IMG/VR virus record: IMGVR_UViG_3300037470_000672
Coordinates: 1 to 64,000 of that record
Origin: a virus
Length of the DNA stretch: 64,000 bases
Reading direction: 5' to 3' (one strand)
Part shown: positions 19,892 to 29,803 of the stretch, piece after piece
Position numbering within the stretch: the first letter of the stretch is position 1
Layout of the letters: every line of letters begins with the position of its first letter
Made by a program: the position numbers and the translations under genes
The notes under the pieces: model-generated
What the model was told of the DNA's origin: nothing
What the model saw: the letters and a program-made list of their open reading frames with translations, nothing else
Database searches by the model: none

Positions 19892-21175
19892 CTAGAGCTT
19901 TCGCAGCTCTCCGATTTCGATTTGGTCTATGACCTTTCGCAGCTTTTTCTGCGTCGACAGCAGCAAAGGGGCGAGCGATGGGTCGTCTTTGACCAGATCT
20001 TGCAGCTTTCTGACGATGCCTCTGATTTTTTTGATCTTGTTCTTCAGATCTTGTCCTCCCCCTCGGTGCTGCTTACGAGCTTCCTCGAAGGGGGTCTTTT
20101 GAAGCTGGTCGATCTGTTGGGCGAGCTGCTTGGCTTCTTCGTGCGCGCCCTTGCCTATCTCGGCGAAGGGGGCCAGCAGTTCATCCAGCTTGTGTAGCCA
20201 ATGTTCGACCTTCATTTGCTTTTTGAGGGTCAGGTAGCGCTTTTGGATCTTTTTGCCGGTGGCGCTCATGCGAGGGGAGACACTTGTGGCTGTGTCTTTG
20301 AGATCGCCGAGAGGTACATCGGGAAACTCCTTGTGGAGTTTCTTCCAAAGGGCGTCCGTATTGGCTTCGTCCAGGTCTCCGCCTGTGATGACGGGACTGT
20401 TTTGAGGGATCTGCGGCGGCTTCCAAGGGTCTCCCTGGGGCTGGCACACAACAACACCCAGTTCCTCCATGAGATCAAGAAACTCGGGCAGCCCCGCGTC
20501 TTCCTTGAATTCCTTGGCGAGGGCGGTGGCGACCTTGGTGGCAACCAGCGACCACTCCCGGTAGGGGAGGAACCACGACTTCTTGGTGCCGTTAAACGAG
20601 AAGCCGTGCTTCTTGAGCACCTCCTTGGCGGCGAAGGTGCCCTTGCCCTTGAGATGGACGATGGGCTCAGCGGCCGGCCCCCACTTCTTGGGCCACTCGA
20701 CCTCGACGTCCAGGCCGAGGGAAGAAAGCCAATTGTTACGACGCAGTTCATGGTCGATCTTGCGCATCCGCTCGCGCATGTCCTTGGGGGTCTGCTTGAG
20801 CCCCTCGTTGTGCTTGCGCACCTCTTCGTTGTGGTCGTCGGCCATCTTCTTGAGGACGGCATGCGCCTTGTCCACCAGGGCCTTGTGCGCCGCTGTCTTC
20901 TGGGTATGCCCAAAGGCGGGCACAGAAACACTGTACTCCCAGGTCTTGGCGCCGCTGTTCCAGCGCAGGCCCATGCGCTTGAGCTTGGGGTTCCATTCCA
21001 TGGGCGCGCCGTGGACAGACAGCACGTAGTTGTTGGACGTGCGCTGGGTGCCCCCGAAATCCCCGAGGTCTTGGTACTTCACCGTTACTGGTTGTTTGGT
21101 AACCAACTCTTTTCGCTCGGTCAGAGCGATGACAGTCTCGTTGAGGCTGAAGAGGAGGGAAGCAGCGCTGGTCAT
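19892..21175 (-). CDS. Hypothetical protein, 427 aa, with two related short domains
   Basis: VHGAPMEWNPKLKRMGLRWNSGAKTW and LKGKGTFAAKEVLKKHGFSFNGTKKSW resemble HARP/DUF5710-like modules. Confidence 0.65.
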   Translation of the reverse strand: MTSAASLLFSLNETVIALTERKELVTKQPVTVKYQDLGDFGGTQRTSNNYVLSVHGAPMEWNPKLKRMGLRWNSGAKTWEYSVSVPAFGHTQKTAAHKALVDKAHAVLKKMADDHNEEVRKHNEGLKQTPKDMRERMRKIDHELRRNNWLSSLGLDVEVEWPKKWGPAAEPIVHLKGKGTFAAKEVLKKHGFSFNGTKKSWFLPYREWSLVATKVATALAKEFKEDAGLPEFLDLMEELGVVVCQPQGDPWKPPQIPQNSPVITGGDLDEANTDALWKKLHKEFPDVPLGDLKDTATSVSPRMSATGKKIQKRYLTLKKQMKVEHWLHKLDELLAPFAEIGKGAHEEAKQLAQQIDQLQKTPFEEARKQHRGGGQDLKNKIKKIRGIVRKLQDLVKDDPSLAPLLLSTQKKLRKVIDQIEIGELRKL

Positions 21176-22432
21176 CGGTACGGGTCCTTCCCCTGATGAG
21201 GGAGCACAGTCTTGGATGTGGTCTGTTTTGGGCGTGGTACAGGGCGCGCCTGCTGTTTGGATGTGGCGGTGGGGCTGTTCCCTTGCTTACCCCGTCTGGT
21301 CTGGCGCCAATACTCCGCTGCCCGGAAGTCCCCGCGCACGACGGCGGCGGCCTCCCTCTTCTTGCAGAGGACCGCGTCTACTTCTGCGATGGGGGCGCCC
21401 CAGTCCTGAGATGAGAGATTAGGGGTGGTCAGGTCCAGGTAGTTCTGGAGCTTGAGCGCCCATATCTCGTAGACCGGTCCCTGTGGGTTTGCGTAGGGCC
21501 AGTCCGTCATGATGCGGTCCAACTCGGTGTAGAGGGGCGCGTGTTCGCCCAGTACCCCTACCCCGGAGACGGCGGAGACAGCTTCTTCCCCCATCACCCG
21601 CGCTCTTTCTTTGGGAGGAGGCTTCCTGCTCAGCCGGCTGAGCTTGGTGGCGGCGGTCTCTATGCTTCCGATGGACGCATCAGGCGCTCCTGACGATCTG
21701 AACAGGTCAGCAAGGGCGTAGAGGAGCTTCACCCCTACATCGAAGGCTTTTGGCTGGTCGGCCTTACGTAGCTGCCCAAGGTCTTTGGCGAGAGACATCA
21801 CGCGCCCCATGTCCCGCTGAAGGCTCCGCGCTACCGGCCCGGGCGCGTCCTCGCGGCGCATAGACCCGCGCTTGGTGTTCTGTAGGCCGTGGGGGTTGCC
21901 GGTTTCTCCACCAGTGTTCCCCGTGGAACCCCCGTTACCTGTTCCCCCATTCGTTGCGCCGTTGGTGGGGGCGCTGTTGCCATTGGGGGGCGGCGGCTCT
22001 TCTGCCGGTGCTTCTTTCTTGACCCGCACGACTCGGGACCCGACGAAACTCGGCCCCCAGCCATAGCGCTGCTGGCGGAGCTTCTCACGGCACCGGTCGA
22101 GCTTCCTACGCAGGGAAGTAGTTTCAGACACGGGACAAAAAATCCTTAAGGGCTTGCTTCTGACGCGCGGTCAGGTGGGCGAGAGGCGCTGGCGGTGCAT
22201 TCTCCATGTAGAAGCGCTGGACGGAGCGTGCGAGGCGTGTGAACTCCTCAGCAGTGCTCTTGGGGTCGTCTGCTCCCAGGTCCGCGAATCCTTGCTTGAG
22301 CAAGTGCTCTGCGCCTTCTACATCCCCATCGCGAAAGAACTCCCGGATGAGCGCCTGGACCGCAGGGGTCGTGGCTCGCGGCTCGGGCGCGAGCTGCTCC
22401 AAGAGATTTCGGCGGGTATCGGGGAGGGGCAT
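21172..22432 (-). other. Two hypothetical ORFs (21172-22131, 22124-22432)
   Basis: Overlapping start and stop codons with their neighbours. Confidence 0.65.
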
Positions 22433-22459
22433 AGGTAGTTGGCCAGACGAGAAAAAAGC

Positions 22460-23152
22460 TCAAACAGACGGATGCAGAGTCCCGTTGCGGCTTTTGGAGG
22501 CAGAGTGCTTGAGGGCTTTGAGCCGTCCGGAGGTCGAGTAGGACGGGGTCTTGGTGGTGGTTTTGGTCGTGGGTTTCCGGCTGATCTTGGTCTTGGCGCT
22601 TGGGCTCGGAAGTACCTTCGTCTTTTCAGGCGCCCCGACCTTGGTCTTGGCGGGCGCTGGTTTCTTCGTAGCAGGCTTCTTGGGCTTCGCCTTGGCGGGC
22701 CGTGCTCCTGGAGGCGCTGTACGGGCGGCGAGTTTGCCGGCTTTCGAGGCACGGGCTTGGAATTTCCGAGCCTTGGCGGAGGCGGCTTGGGCTTTTTTGA
22801 GCGCAGCCTTCTGCTTGGAGGTCGCGCGTCGGTGGACAAATCCGGTGATGCGCTTGCCGATGCCAGTCTTCTGGAAGCGCTTGATGCCTTTCTTGGCAAA
22901 CTTCTGGATGCCTTTGGTGATCTTTTTCTTGAGCTTCCTACCGGCCGGGCTGAGCTGAATCAGCTCAAACAACGCATCTTCGGTCAGGCCGGACTCGTCC
23001 AGCTCTTCCCAGAAGGCGACCGCCAGTTCTTCTTCGTCTTCGTCCAGCAGAGACAGCGCATGCTCTTCTGCCTCTTGGAGGGCCATGGTAACTACGAGGT
23101 TGGTGATCTCATCGAAGCGGTCTTCTACCAGCGGGTCTGAGATGACAGTCAT
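22460..23152 (-). CDS. Protein with an acidic N-terminus and a Lys/Ala/Pro-rich histone-H1-like C-terminus
   Basis: PAKAKPKKPATKKPAPAKTK... low-complexity basic tail. Confidence 0.75.
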   Translation of the reverse strand: MTVISDPLVEDRFDEITNLVVTMALQEAEEHALSLLDEDEEELAVAFWEELDESGLTEDALFELIQLSPAGRKLKKKITKGIQKFAKKGIKRFQKTGIGKRITGFVHRRATSKQKAALKKAQAASAKARKFQARASKAGKLAARTAPPGARPAKAKPKKPATKKPAPAKTKVGAPEKTKVLPSPSAKTKISRKPTTKTTTKTPSYSTSGRLKALKHSASKSRNGTLHPSV

Positions 23153-23842
23153 GCGAGGGGTCTCCCTGCGCGATCCACCAGGCTTGGGATCTTGTCGCCC
23201 TTGGCCCAGTTGGGCTTGATCTTGGAGTCGTCGACCCCCATGAGGTCGATGACGGCTGTGTCGTCCGAGGGGTCGTAGGTGGCGACAATGGTGGGCACGC
23301 CCAACCGGTTGTGAGGGGCGACTGCTTGCACCAAGACACCGTGCTCTTGGAAGAGCAACGTGCGCAGGTGCCGAGCGTAGTGAGTGATCAACTCGGGCGG
23401 CACCAAGAGGGAAACCATCGGCTCGTCCTCGACCCCCACAACGGAGATGGTGTACCCGCGCTCGGCCAGCCAGCGGCAGGTGTTGTGCATGCTGGGGTCG
23501 ATCCGAGCAAGAGCTTCTTCAAAGCTCGGAGGCACCTTCTCTTGGGAGTCCGTCACCGTGTTGTCCTCTTCTCCGGCGAAGCCGTGCGCTTGCGAATGGC
23601 GGGTGCCAGGTCGTCGAGCAGGGAGGCGGGTCTCCAGATCCATTTGTCTACTTGCCCTTCCTCCGCAGTCGTCAAGACGACCTTTCCATCCTCGTAAAGC
23701 TGCCAATAATCGCCGACTTTCACAGCCGTTCGCACCCCTGCGAGATTCACCGGAGCACCATGCTCCGGGCGCGAGGGCTCAAACGAAACTGTCCACCGAT
23801 GTACCGGCGCAAATCGTCTTTCGCGTCGTCTTTCTCGGGAGT

Positions 23843-23866
23843 CAATCCGCCCGTACGGGCGGATTG
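23843..23866. repeat. Dispersed palindrome, copy 3, inside ORF 23747-23986
   Basis: Perfect CAATCCGCCCGTACGGGCGGATTG. Confidence 0.95.
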
Positions 23867-23982
23867 GTCGGATACCTCATGACAAGGGGATAGTGGGTCG
23901 AGATTTCGGACGAGCTGCTCTGCCAGACGAGCTTGGTCCACCTCTTCTTCCGGTTGTTCCCAGACGTCCACGTCTTTCCAGC

Positions 23983-24219
23983 TCATGGGACCTTCTTCCG
24001 CGCCTCGGATTGCGCAGCCTCAACCAAATCCTGCATGCGCGAGCGGCGCTCTTCGCTGAGCCCGCCTGCCCGCTGGAGTTTGAACTCAAACAGGGAGTCC
24101 AGGTCGTCGGGGTCGAAATCTCCGCGGTAGACGGCCTGGCGCACAGCCCCTTCGGACATGCTGAGGAAACCCGCCAGGTCGGTGTAGCCGTAGTCCCATC
24201 GCTTCGAGGGGCGCGCCAT
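23983..24219 (-). CDS. Small putative helix-turn-helix DNA-binding protein
   Basis: YTDLAGFLSMSEGAVRQAVYRG fits an excisionase/MerR-like HTH. Confidence 0.55.
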   Translation of the reverse strand: MARPSKRWDYGYTDLAGFLSMSEGAVRQAVYRGDFDPDDLDSLFEFKLQRAGGLSEERRSRMQDLVEAAQSEARKKVP

Positions 24220-24274
24220 GTGACAAAACTAGGCGCTCTTGCCAGGACAAGTCAACCCGGTTTTGTTACGCTGA

Positions 24275-25530
24275 TCAGACGCGCCCCTCCTCGTCTTCCA
24301 GCCCGTGAACAGGGCATGGTGAGTCGCCTGCTTCGTAGGTGCATCGACATTTGAGCGCTATCGCGCTCATGACGCGGTCTCGGGCTGCGCCGATCATTTC
24401 GTCCAAATACACATCCGCGCGCGCCACGCGCTTTGTTTGCGATCCGCCCTCCTCAACCGCGCGGGGCTTTGGGAGCATAGATGTGTCACCCTTGGCGTGG
24501 CGCCACGCTTCCCACATATAGAGGTAGAGACCGTCGGACAGGTTTCCTGTATAGCGCATAGCGTCCAGAAACTCAGTGAAATCTTTGTCGTCTTGCCATC
24601 GCTTAGCCATAGTTTTCACCTAGTCGTTCAGGGTTGGCTGCCAAGGCGGCAGGTTACTCAGGATGGGGTTGGCGTGGTCGTCCACCAATCCGCGCTCTTG
24701 GAGCGTTTTCAAGACGTCGTGCATGTGGTCACCTTCACTCGCGTCGTCTGTCCACTCAAGGGGGTTTCCCCGCATGTCCTGCCAGACCCAGTCGTGATCG
24801 ATGAAGGTAATGACCCAACCGTCACCGAGGTGGCGCTCGATCAATATCCCGAGCAAAGAAGCGAGGGTCTCCTCTCTATCCGCCAACTCAGGATTTACAT
24901 ACGCCTTGGTCAAGGCGACGCCTTCGGGTTCGCCTCCTAGCCCAAACCCCGGAAGACTACGACGGCGCGGCGCGGCCACGACGAAGTGCGCGAACTCGTG
25001 AATCAGCCCAGACCCATTGGCAGCGCGTAGGGTGGTTCCATCCCACTGAAGCTCTGGAAGGTCCCACTGAAACAAACTGTCCGGGCCAGGGATGCGCTGA
25101 ACGTCGAACCCACGGGCTCGGAGCCACTGCTCGGCCGTGTCCACAGCCGTATCGGGCAGGCGGATCGTTTCCCCGACCACAGACAGGGCTTGCTGCGCTT
25201 CGTCAAAAAGGTGGTCTACGAGACGCTTACCCACCGTCCTCTCCCTTCTTCACGAACACCTCGGAAGGTAGGGTCGCACCTGTCGTAGCTGGTTTTGCAC
25301 TCGGAGCACTTTCAGGTCTCCTCCTCGTCGAGAGCCTTCCCGAAAGCAGCTCGACCATCGCGCATACCGCGCAGGTACTCCTGGAGCTTCTCCACATCCT
25401 CGGGCGGTAGGCCCAACTTGGTCAGGTCTACGAACTCCGTGAGCGTCGGGCGCTCATCCAGCGCGTTAGCGCCGTCACGCCAGCCCTTGATGTAGTCGCT
25501 GCTCCGGGTCATGGTACCTTGACAATACAC
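24275..25530 (-). other. Three hypothetical ORFs (24275-24619, 24620-25234, 25312-25530)
   Basis: Colinear ORFs; 24620-25234 contains an IHEFAH (HExxH) motif. Confidence 0.6.
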
Positions 25531-25699
25531 GCTCTACAGGAAAAGACAAGAGCCCAGGATCATAGGCTTGACAAGACACATAAGAGGAGATACAAATAGG
25601 TCATCAGTGATGAGTCGCTGAAGGAGGTCAAGAGTGCTCACCCCCGAAAAACTGCTCGCTATCGCCATCGTAGAGGAAGAAGCCCTGGCCGCCGGGACG

Positions 25700-26038
25700 A
25701 CGACGAGCTGGTGCGCGGAGAGGCGCATGATCCTCCTGCCGTCGTCGGTGCGGGTCTACGTCGCCGTGGAGCCCGTCCGCATGAACAAGTCGTTCGAGGG
25801 GCTGTCGAACATCGTTCGCCCCGTCGTCGGCCAGGACCCGCTGCTCAACGACATCAACGCCCTCGAGTACCTCGCCGACGTGCTCCCTGCGCCTCGCACC
25901 GCCGTTTTCCCGCGCGCGCGACCTGCCGGAGCTGATGCCGCTCGCGTGGCAGCCCGCGCGAATCGTCGGCGAGCGCTCCCCACCCGTGTCTACAACACGC
26001 CACCCCGCGGACGCACCTGAGGGCCTGCGGGCGGATAC
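25700..26038 (+). mobile_element. Internally deleted IS66-family remnant
   Basis: MILLPSSVRVYVAVEPVRMNKSFEGLSNIVRPVVGQDP (TnpB/orf2 N-terminus) is fused to NDINALEYLADVLP (TnpC C-terminus). A candidate right end CGGGCGGATAC lies at 26028-26038. Confidence 0.75.
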
Positions 26039-26428
26039 CGGCGCTGGAGATCCGCTCGCCACGTCGCGTCGGCAAGATCCTAAACAGGAACGGCATTTTG
26101 GTTGAGGGGGCAAAGCCGCTAGGTGGTGCGCTTGACAGCCCCGCCCTTTGGTGAGCATACTGAACTCGGCTCAGGGTCATGCGGAGTCACGCTTGCGTCG
26201 GCAGCCTTGGGTTAGTGAAGGATGTACTCCCGTCCTTGCTGCTGTGTGGATGAAGAAACCGAACGTTTCTTGTTCTTGAGCAGGTCTCTCTAGAGCGAAA
26301 GCGCGCGACCTCTCACGCTCTAAGTTCGACGTCATCCCACTGAACCGGTCGGTACCCGCGTTCGCGAGACGGATGTTCCCCACCAATGATTGGTGGGGCC
26401 GTCTCCTACTTGAACGGAGGTACGGATC

Positions 26429-27286
26429 TTGACCCAATCAACTGACGAACGAGTCACCCAGGTTGCCGCCTTGCTGGCGGAGAATGCCGCGGACGCTGGC
26501 CCAACCGGCCTAAGCGGTCCCGCTGCCGGCTTGCTTGTCCGCCGCATTGCGCCGCGTGGCGTTGCGGAGCTCGGTGCCCGGACCCTACGCGCTTTCGTGG
26601 AGGAACACGTCCGCGGTGCACGGGCTGTTGGCACTGGAGCATCGTGGCGGATCGTTGCGAACGCGTACTCCGACACCGACGTGTCTGCCGCCCGCCGGCC
26701 ACTTGGGATGTGGCAGGCGTTCGTTCGGCCGAACAGCCGCTCGCGGCTCGTCGTTGTCGACTCACGAGTGCGGGTTGTTCCTGACGGGGAGGAGGAGAGT
26801 GACGCAACGCCTGTTCAACTCTTCACTCCCGATGATCACCGGGAGATGGCGCGTGCCTTCGTTGAGTCATTGGAAGAGGAGTTTCAGCCTTTCCGCGCGT
26901 CCCTCCTCGCGGCAGTGCAAGACTTGGGCGAGCCCCGATGGTGGCAACGGTTCACCCGAGACTTGGGTGCGATCAGCTCCGACTTGGCTGCTCGCTACCT
27001 CAAGTACCGCGTTGAATACTTGGCGAATGCACTGGCCGAGCGGCTCGAAGCTGCAGGCGCAGCGGGAAGTGAGCTTGCGGTCGTTCTCTCCGATCGCGAC
27101 GTGGTGCGCCGCGCCTCGAAGCCCAAGCGCGACACGCCGACGAGCCCAGGAGTTCAGTCCCAGTCGCTGGTTGAGTTCGTGTCTCGCGTACTCCCGCACA
27201 TGGCGGAGACCGACCTTCGTCGCCTGCTTCTTCCCGCCGGAGCGATCTACGATGCGTTGATGTCCGACGGACCCGCGAAGCAGTGA
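26429..27286 (+). CDS. Hypothetical protein, 285 aa, first gene of a plus-strand pair
   Basis: Long ORF with GGAGG upstream; opposite strand to the phage backbone. Confidence 0.8.
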   Translation: MTQSTDERVTQVAALLAENAADAGPTGLSGPAAGLLVRRIAPRGVAELGARTLRAFVEEHVRGARAVGTGASWRIVANAYSDTDVSAARRPLGMWQAFVRPNSRSRLVVVDSRVRVVPDGEEESDATPVQLFTPDDHREMARAFVESLEEEFQPFRASLLAAVQDLGEPRWWQRFTRDLGAISSDLAARYLKYRVEYLANALAERLEAAGAAGSELAVVLSDRDVVRRASKPKRDTPTSPGVQSQSLVEFVSRVLPHMAETDLRRLLLPAGAIYDALMSDGPAKQ

Positions 27287-27289
27287 TGC

Positions 27290-28099
27290 TTGCGAGCACG
27301 CCACGTGATCTTCCTCGTCGTACCCCACTACTTGGTCGCTACGGCGACCGGTCTCGTGAACGACTGCGCTTTCGACAACGTTCGTGTGGAACCGCAGTCG
27401 CCGCCGAAAACCGTGCTGGCTGAAGACCGAGTGCTCGCCGTGAACATCGACAGCGACGTTGCGCGCGAGTGGAGGGAGCGGTTCGGACTCGAGCGTCAGC
27501 CGTATGTGGTTCCGAAGTGGGATTACGCGCGGGTCAAGGAAGGGCTGCGGCAACTCGGGGGCACGGTCCGAGCCGACCAGACCGCTGCTGATCTGTACGT
27601 CGGTGCCACACCAAACGATTGGTTCAGGGAGGCCGCGGAACGACAGCCGCGTCTCTGGGTGAGCGCGAACGGTCTGAACGCCGATGCGGTTCATACCGAG
27701 CACTGGGGTTTCTTTGGTGGGTCGCTGACGGTCCTTGAGCGGTGGGCGAGTCGTTTGGCCCGGTCTGACAACCTGAAGCTCGAGTTCAAGGCAGAAGAGG
27801 TCGTATTCGTGACAAAGAGGCGCGACCTGACCGCGGAGCAGGACCAGATCAAGACTACCGGCACGATCAAGACGAGTCCGGGTGCTCAACCGGCCAAGTT
27901 GACTCGTTCGTACAAGCACTTGAAGCCGCGGAACGCCGAGGGCTGGAACGACGACACCCGGCACGTCCCTCGGATCTACCTCGCGTCACACGGCGACCCG
28001 ACGTACATCATCGTGTCGTTCGCGGGCCCTCACCCGCCGCAGGGGACGGAGCATGTCGTCGATGCGGAGTTTAGCGATCCCGCGAAGGACGACGAGTGA
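27290..28099 (+). CDS. Hypothetical protein, 269 aa, possible RelE-like C-terminal domain
   Basis: Ends ...YKHLKP...VPRIYLASHGDPTYIIVSFAGPHP, like RelE/ParE-fold nuclease tails. Confidence 0.6.
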   Translation: MRARHVIFLVVPHYLVATATGLVNDCAFDNVRVEPQSPPKTVLAEDRVLAVNIDSDVAREWRERFGLERQPYVVPKWDYARVKEGLRQLGGTVRADQTAADLYVGATPNDWFREAAERQPRLWVSANGLNADAVHTEHWGFFGGSLTVLERWASRLARSDNLKLEFKAEEVVFVTKRRDLTAEQDQIKTTGTIKTSPGAQPAKLTRSYKHLKPRNAEGWNDDTRHVPRIYLASHGDPTYIIVSFAGPHPPQGTEHVVDAEFSDPAKDDE

Positions 28100-29262
28100 T
28101 GGCTCTCGCTCTACAAATGCTCTCGGCTCTGCGCCGCATCCAGTCACCAGCCGAGCCAGCCGAGAACAGGACGGAGTTGGATGAAGAAGCGCCCCACTTG
28201 CGGCGCTCCCTCCGGTTCTTGGCGCAGGGTGTGGGTGTTCACGGAGGCGACAAGCGCGCGATGAAATGCGCGGAGCGTGTGTCGCGGATGACAGGCGTCG
28301 AGCTGGCAAGAACATCCAGTCACGCGCTCGCACCCCTCGCGATCTTTGGAACCCTCATGGCCTGCACCCCCCCGCAGCAAGACGCAGCGGCGCGCCCCTG
28401 TGGGGAGACATGCAGCGACGCCGACCTAAGGAACTTGGTCGACGTGGCTGGTCAACAGCTATTGGCGGAGGGAGTCGATCTAGTACCAGATTCTTGGAAC
28501 GATCCTGCGGTCATGCTGTCGTTTCTCGCGCGAGTTGACACCCTCGCGGGTCTGCCGCCTGCAACGAACGTGCAGCGGTCCTTGAGCCAGGCACTAACCT
28601 ACAACGTGGACACAGCCTACTGCGGAACTGGCTGGTTGACGGCGGGGGATGGCCCTCTTTTCGCCTGGGGGTTTCCGGGGGACTGCCTAAACCGTGTCTG
28701 CTTCGAACACGACCAGTGCTACTCGACGATCGAGCCCTGTTGCACGGGGTGCGTATGGTCGAACAAGACCGACACATGCGACGCGGACTTCTTCGCTGGG
28801 GCAGGCCAATGCGCTGAACTAGGGGAGTGCCCGTGGCGGTGCCGCACCGTCCGCGCAATCGCGGCGTATCTGAAGACACTATGTGTAGCTGTGTCGACCT
28901 ATCCTCAGCTAGACGTATGTGACGTTCGGGCATCGTTGTGCGACGAGTGCAGCCCCACGTCAGCCGACGAGGTTTGCTCCGTCTACGAACTCAGCTGCGG
29001 CGTCGTGAGAGACGGCTGCGGAGGGGAGCGGTCTTGTGGAAGCTGTGCCAACGAGGACCCGGCCGACGCGGGGATAACCCTGCTGGACGCCGGACCGACC
29101 ACGCCCGATGCGGGTGTTTCCCTTGCCAACAATGACGCAGGCGTCGTCGACCCGCCGATATCGGTCGACGGCGGAGCCGCCCTTGACTCCGGTTCGGTGG
29201 TCACGCCTCCAGACGGGCGCGGACTTCGTCGGTCAAAGAAGGGAGCTTGTCACCGACCATAG
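28096..29262 (+). CDS. Secreted or lipoprotein-like protein with a phospholipase A2-like domain and a myxobacterial Cys-rich repeat (true start uncertain)
   Basis: YCGTG...CLNRVCFEHDQCY (PLA2 HD dyad pattern); CGVVRDGCGGERSCGSC; DAG repeats; LMAC lipobox-like segment. Confidence 0.65.
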   Translation: MMALALQMLSALRRIQSPAEPAENRTELDEEAPHLRRSLRFLAQGVGVHGGDKRAMKCAERVSRMTGVELARTSSHALAPLAIFGTLMACTPPQQDAAARPCGETCSDADLRNLVDVAGQQLLAEGVDLVPDSWNDPAVMLSFLARVDTLAGLPPATNVQRSLSQALTYNVDTAYCGTGWLTAGDGPLFAWGFPGDCLNRVCFEHDQCYSTIEPCCTGCVWSNKTDTCDADFFAGAGQCAELGECPWRCRTVRAIAAYLKTLCVAVSTYPQLDVCDVRASLCDECSPTSADEVCSVYELSCGVVRDGCGGERSCGSCANEDPADAGITLLDAGPTTPDAGVSLANNDAGVVDPPISVDGGAALDSGSVVTPPDGRGLRRSKKGACHRP

Positions 29263-29268
29263 ACCTTG

Positions 29269-29297
29269 ACTATACCCACGTTATGTGGTTACGTCAA
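29269..29297 (-). promoter_or_regulatory. Sigma70-type promoter
   Basis: TTGACG-17-TATAGT followed by CAAG. Confidence 0.75.
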
Positions 29298-29544
29298 CCA
29301 AGATCTTTGAACCGCTTCTCAATGCACACCCACTCGTACACGCGCTCCTTTTCGTTGAAGCGCTTGTAGAGCTTGGCGCAGTAGGGCTCGTTGGTACGGG
29401 GCGCGAGCGCGGTCTCTTCCGGTACGCTTGCGCAGGTGGCGAGCATCAAGGCGAGCCATATGAAGATTGTAGATCGTGCCAATTTTCCTCGAAGAATACC
29501 TTCGAACAAACATTTGCCAAGGTCTTCAGACCATGCCCCTTGTC

Positions 29545-29778
29545 CTAGGGTCGTGGATCGTTGTGTACGGTCACACTCTTCTTGGGCACCTTTTTCGACA
29601 GGTGCCAGCCACCGCACATCGGGCACTGGTAGGGGTGGAGCCTCGGACCGCCCCAGGTACGGCGGTTCTTCTCGGCCGCTACCCTCGCTGCCGCCTCTGT
29701 GGTGTAGCGGTTCTTGCTGTCACAGACGGCGACCTGTCGTAGCACATTGCCAGGCTTAGCACCTCTGGGCATGTCCAC
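29545..29778 (-). CDS. Small zinc-finger-like phage protein
   Basis: CDSKNRYTTEAAA...YQCPMCGGWHL. Confidence 0.7.
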   Translation of the reverse strand: MDMPRGAKPGNVLRQVAVCDSKNRYTTEAAARVAAEKNRRTWGGPRLHPYQCPMCGGWHLSKKVPKKSVTVHNDPRP

Positions 29779-29803
29779 ACCTTACACATACGGTAATGGT
29801 TAG

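Noticed and set aside
26028-26038. IS66 end (CGGGCGGATAC) shares 9 nt with the dispersed palindrome, suggesting the palindrome is a mini-IS66
   Set aside because: Palindrome termini are CAA/TTG rather than GTA/TAC and no target duplications are evident
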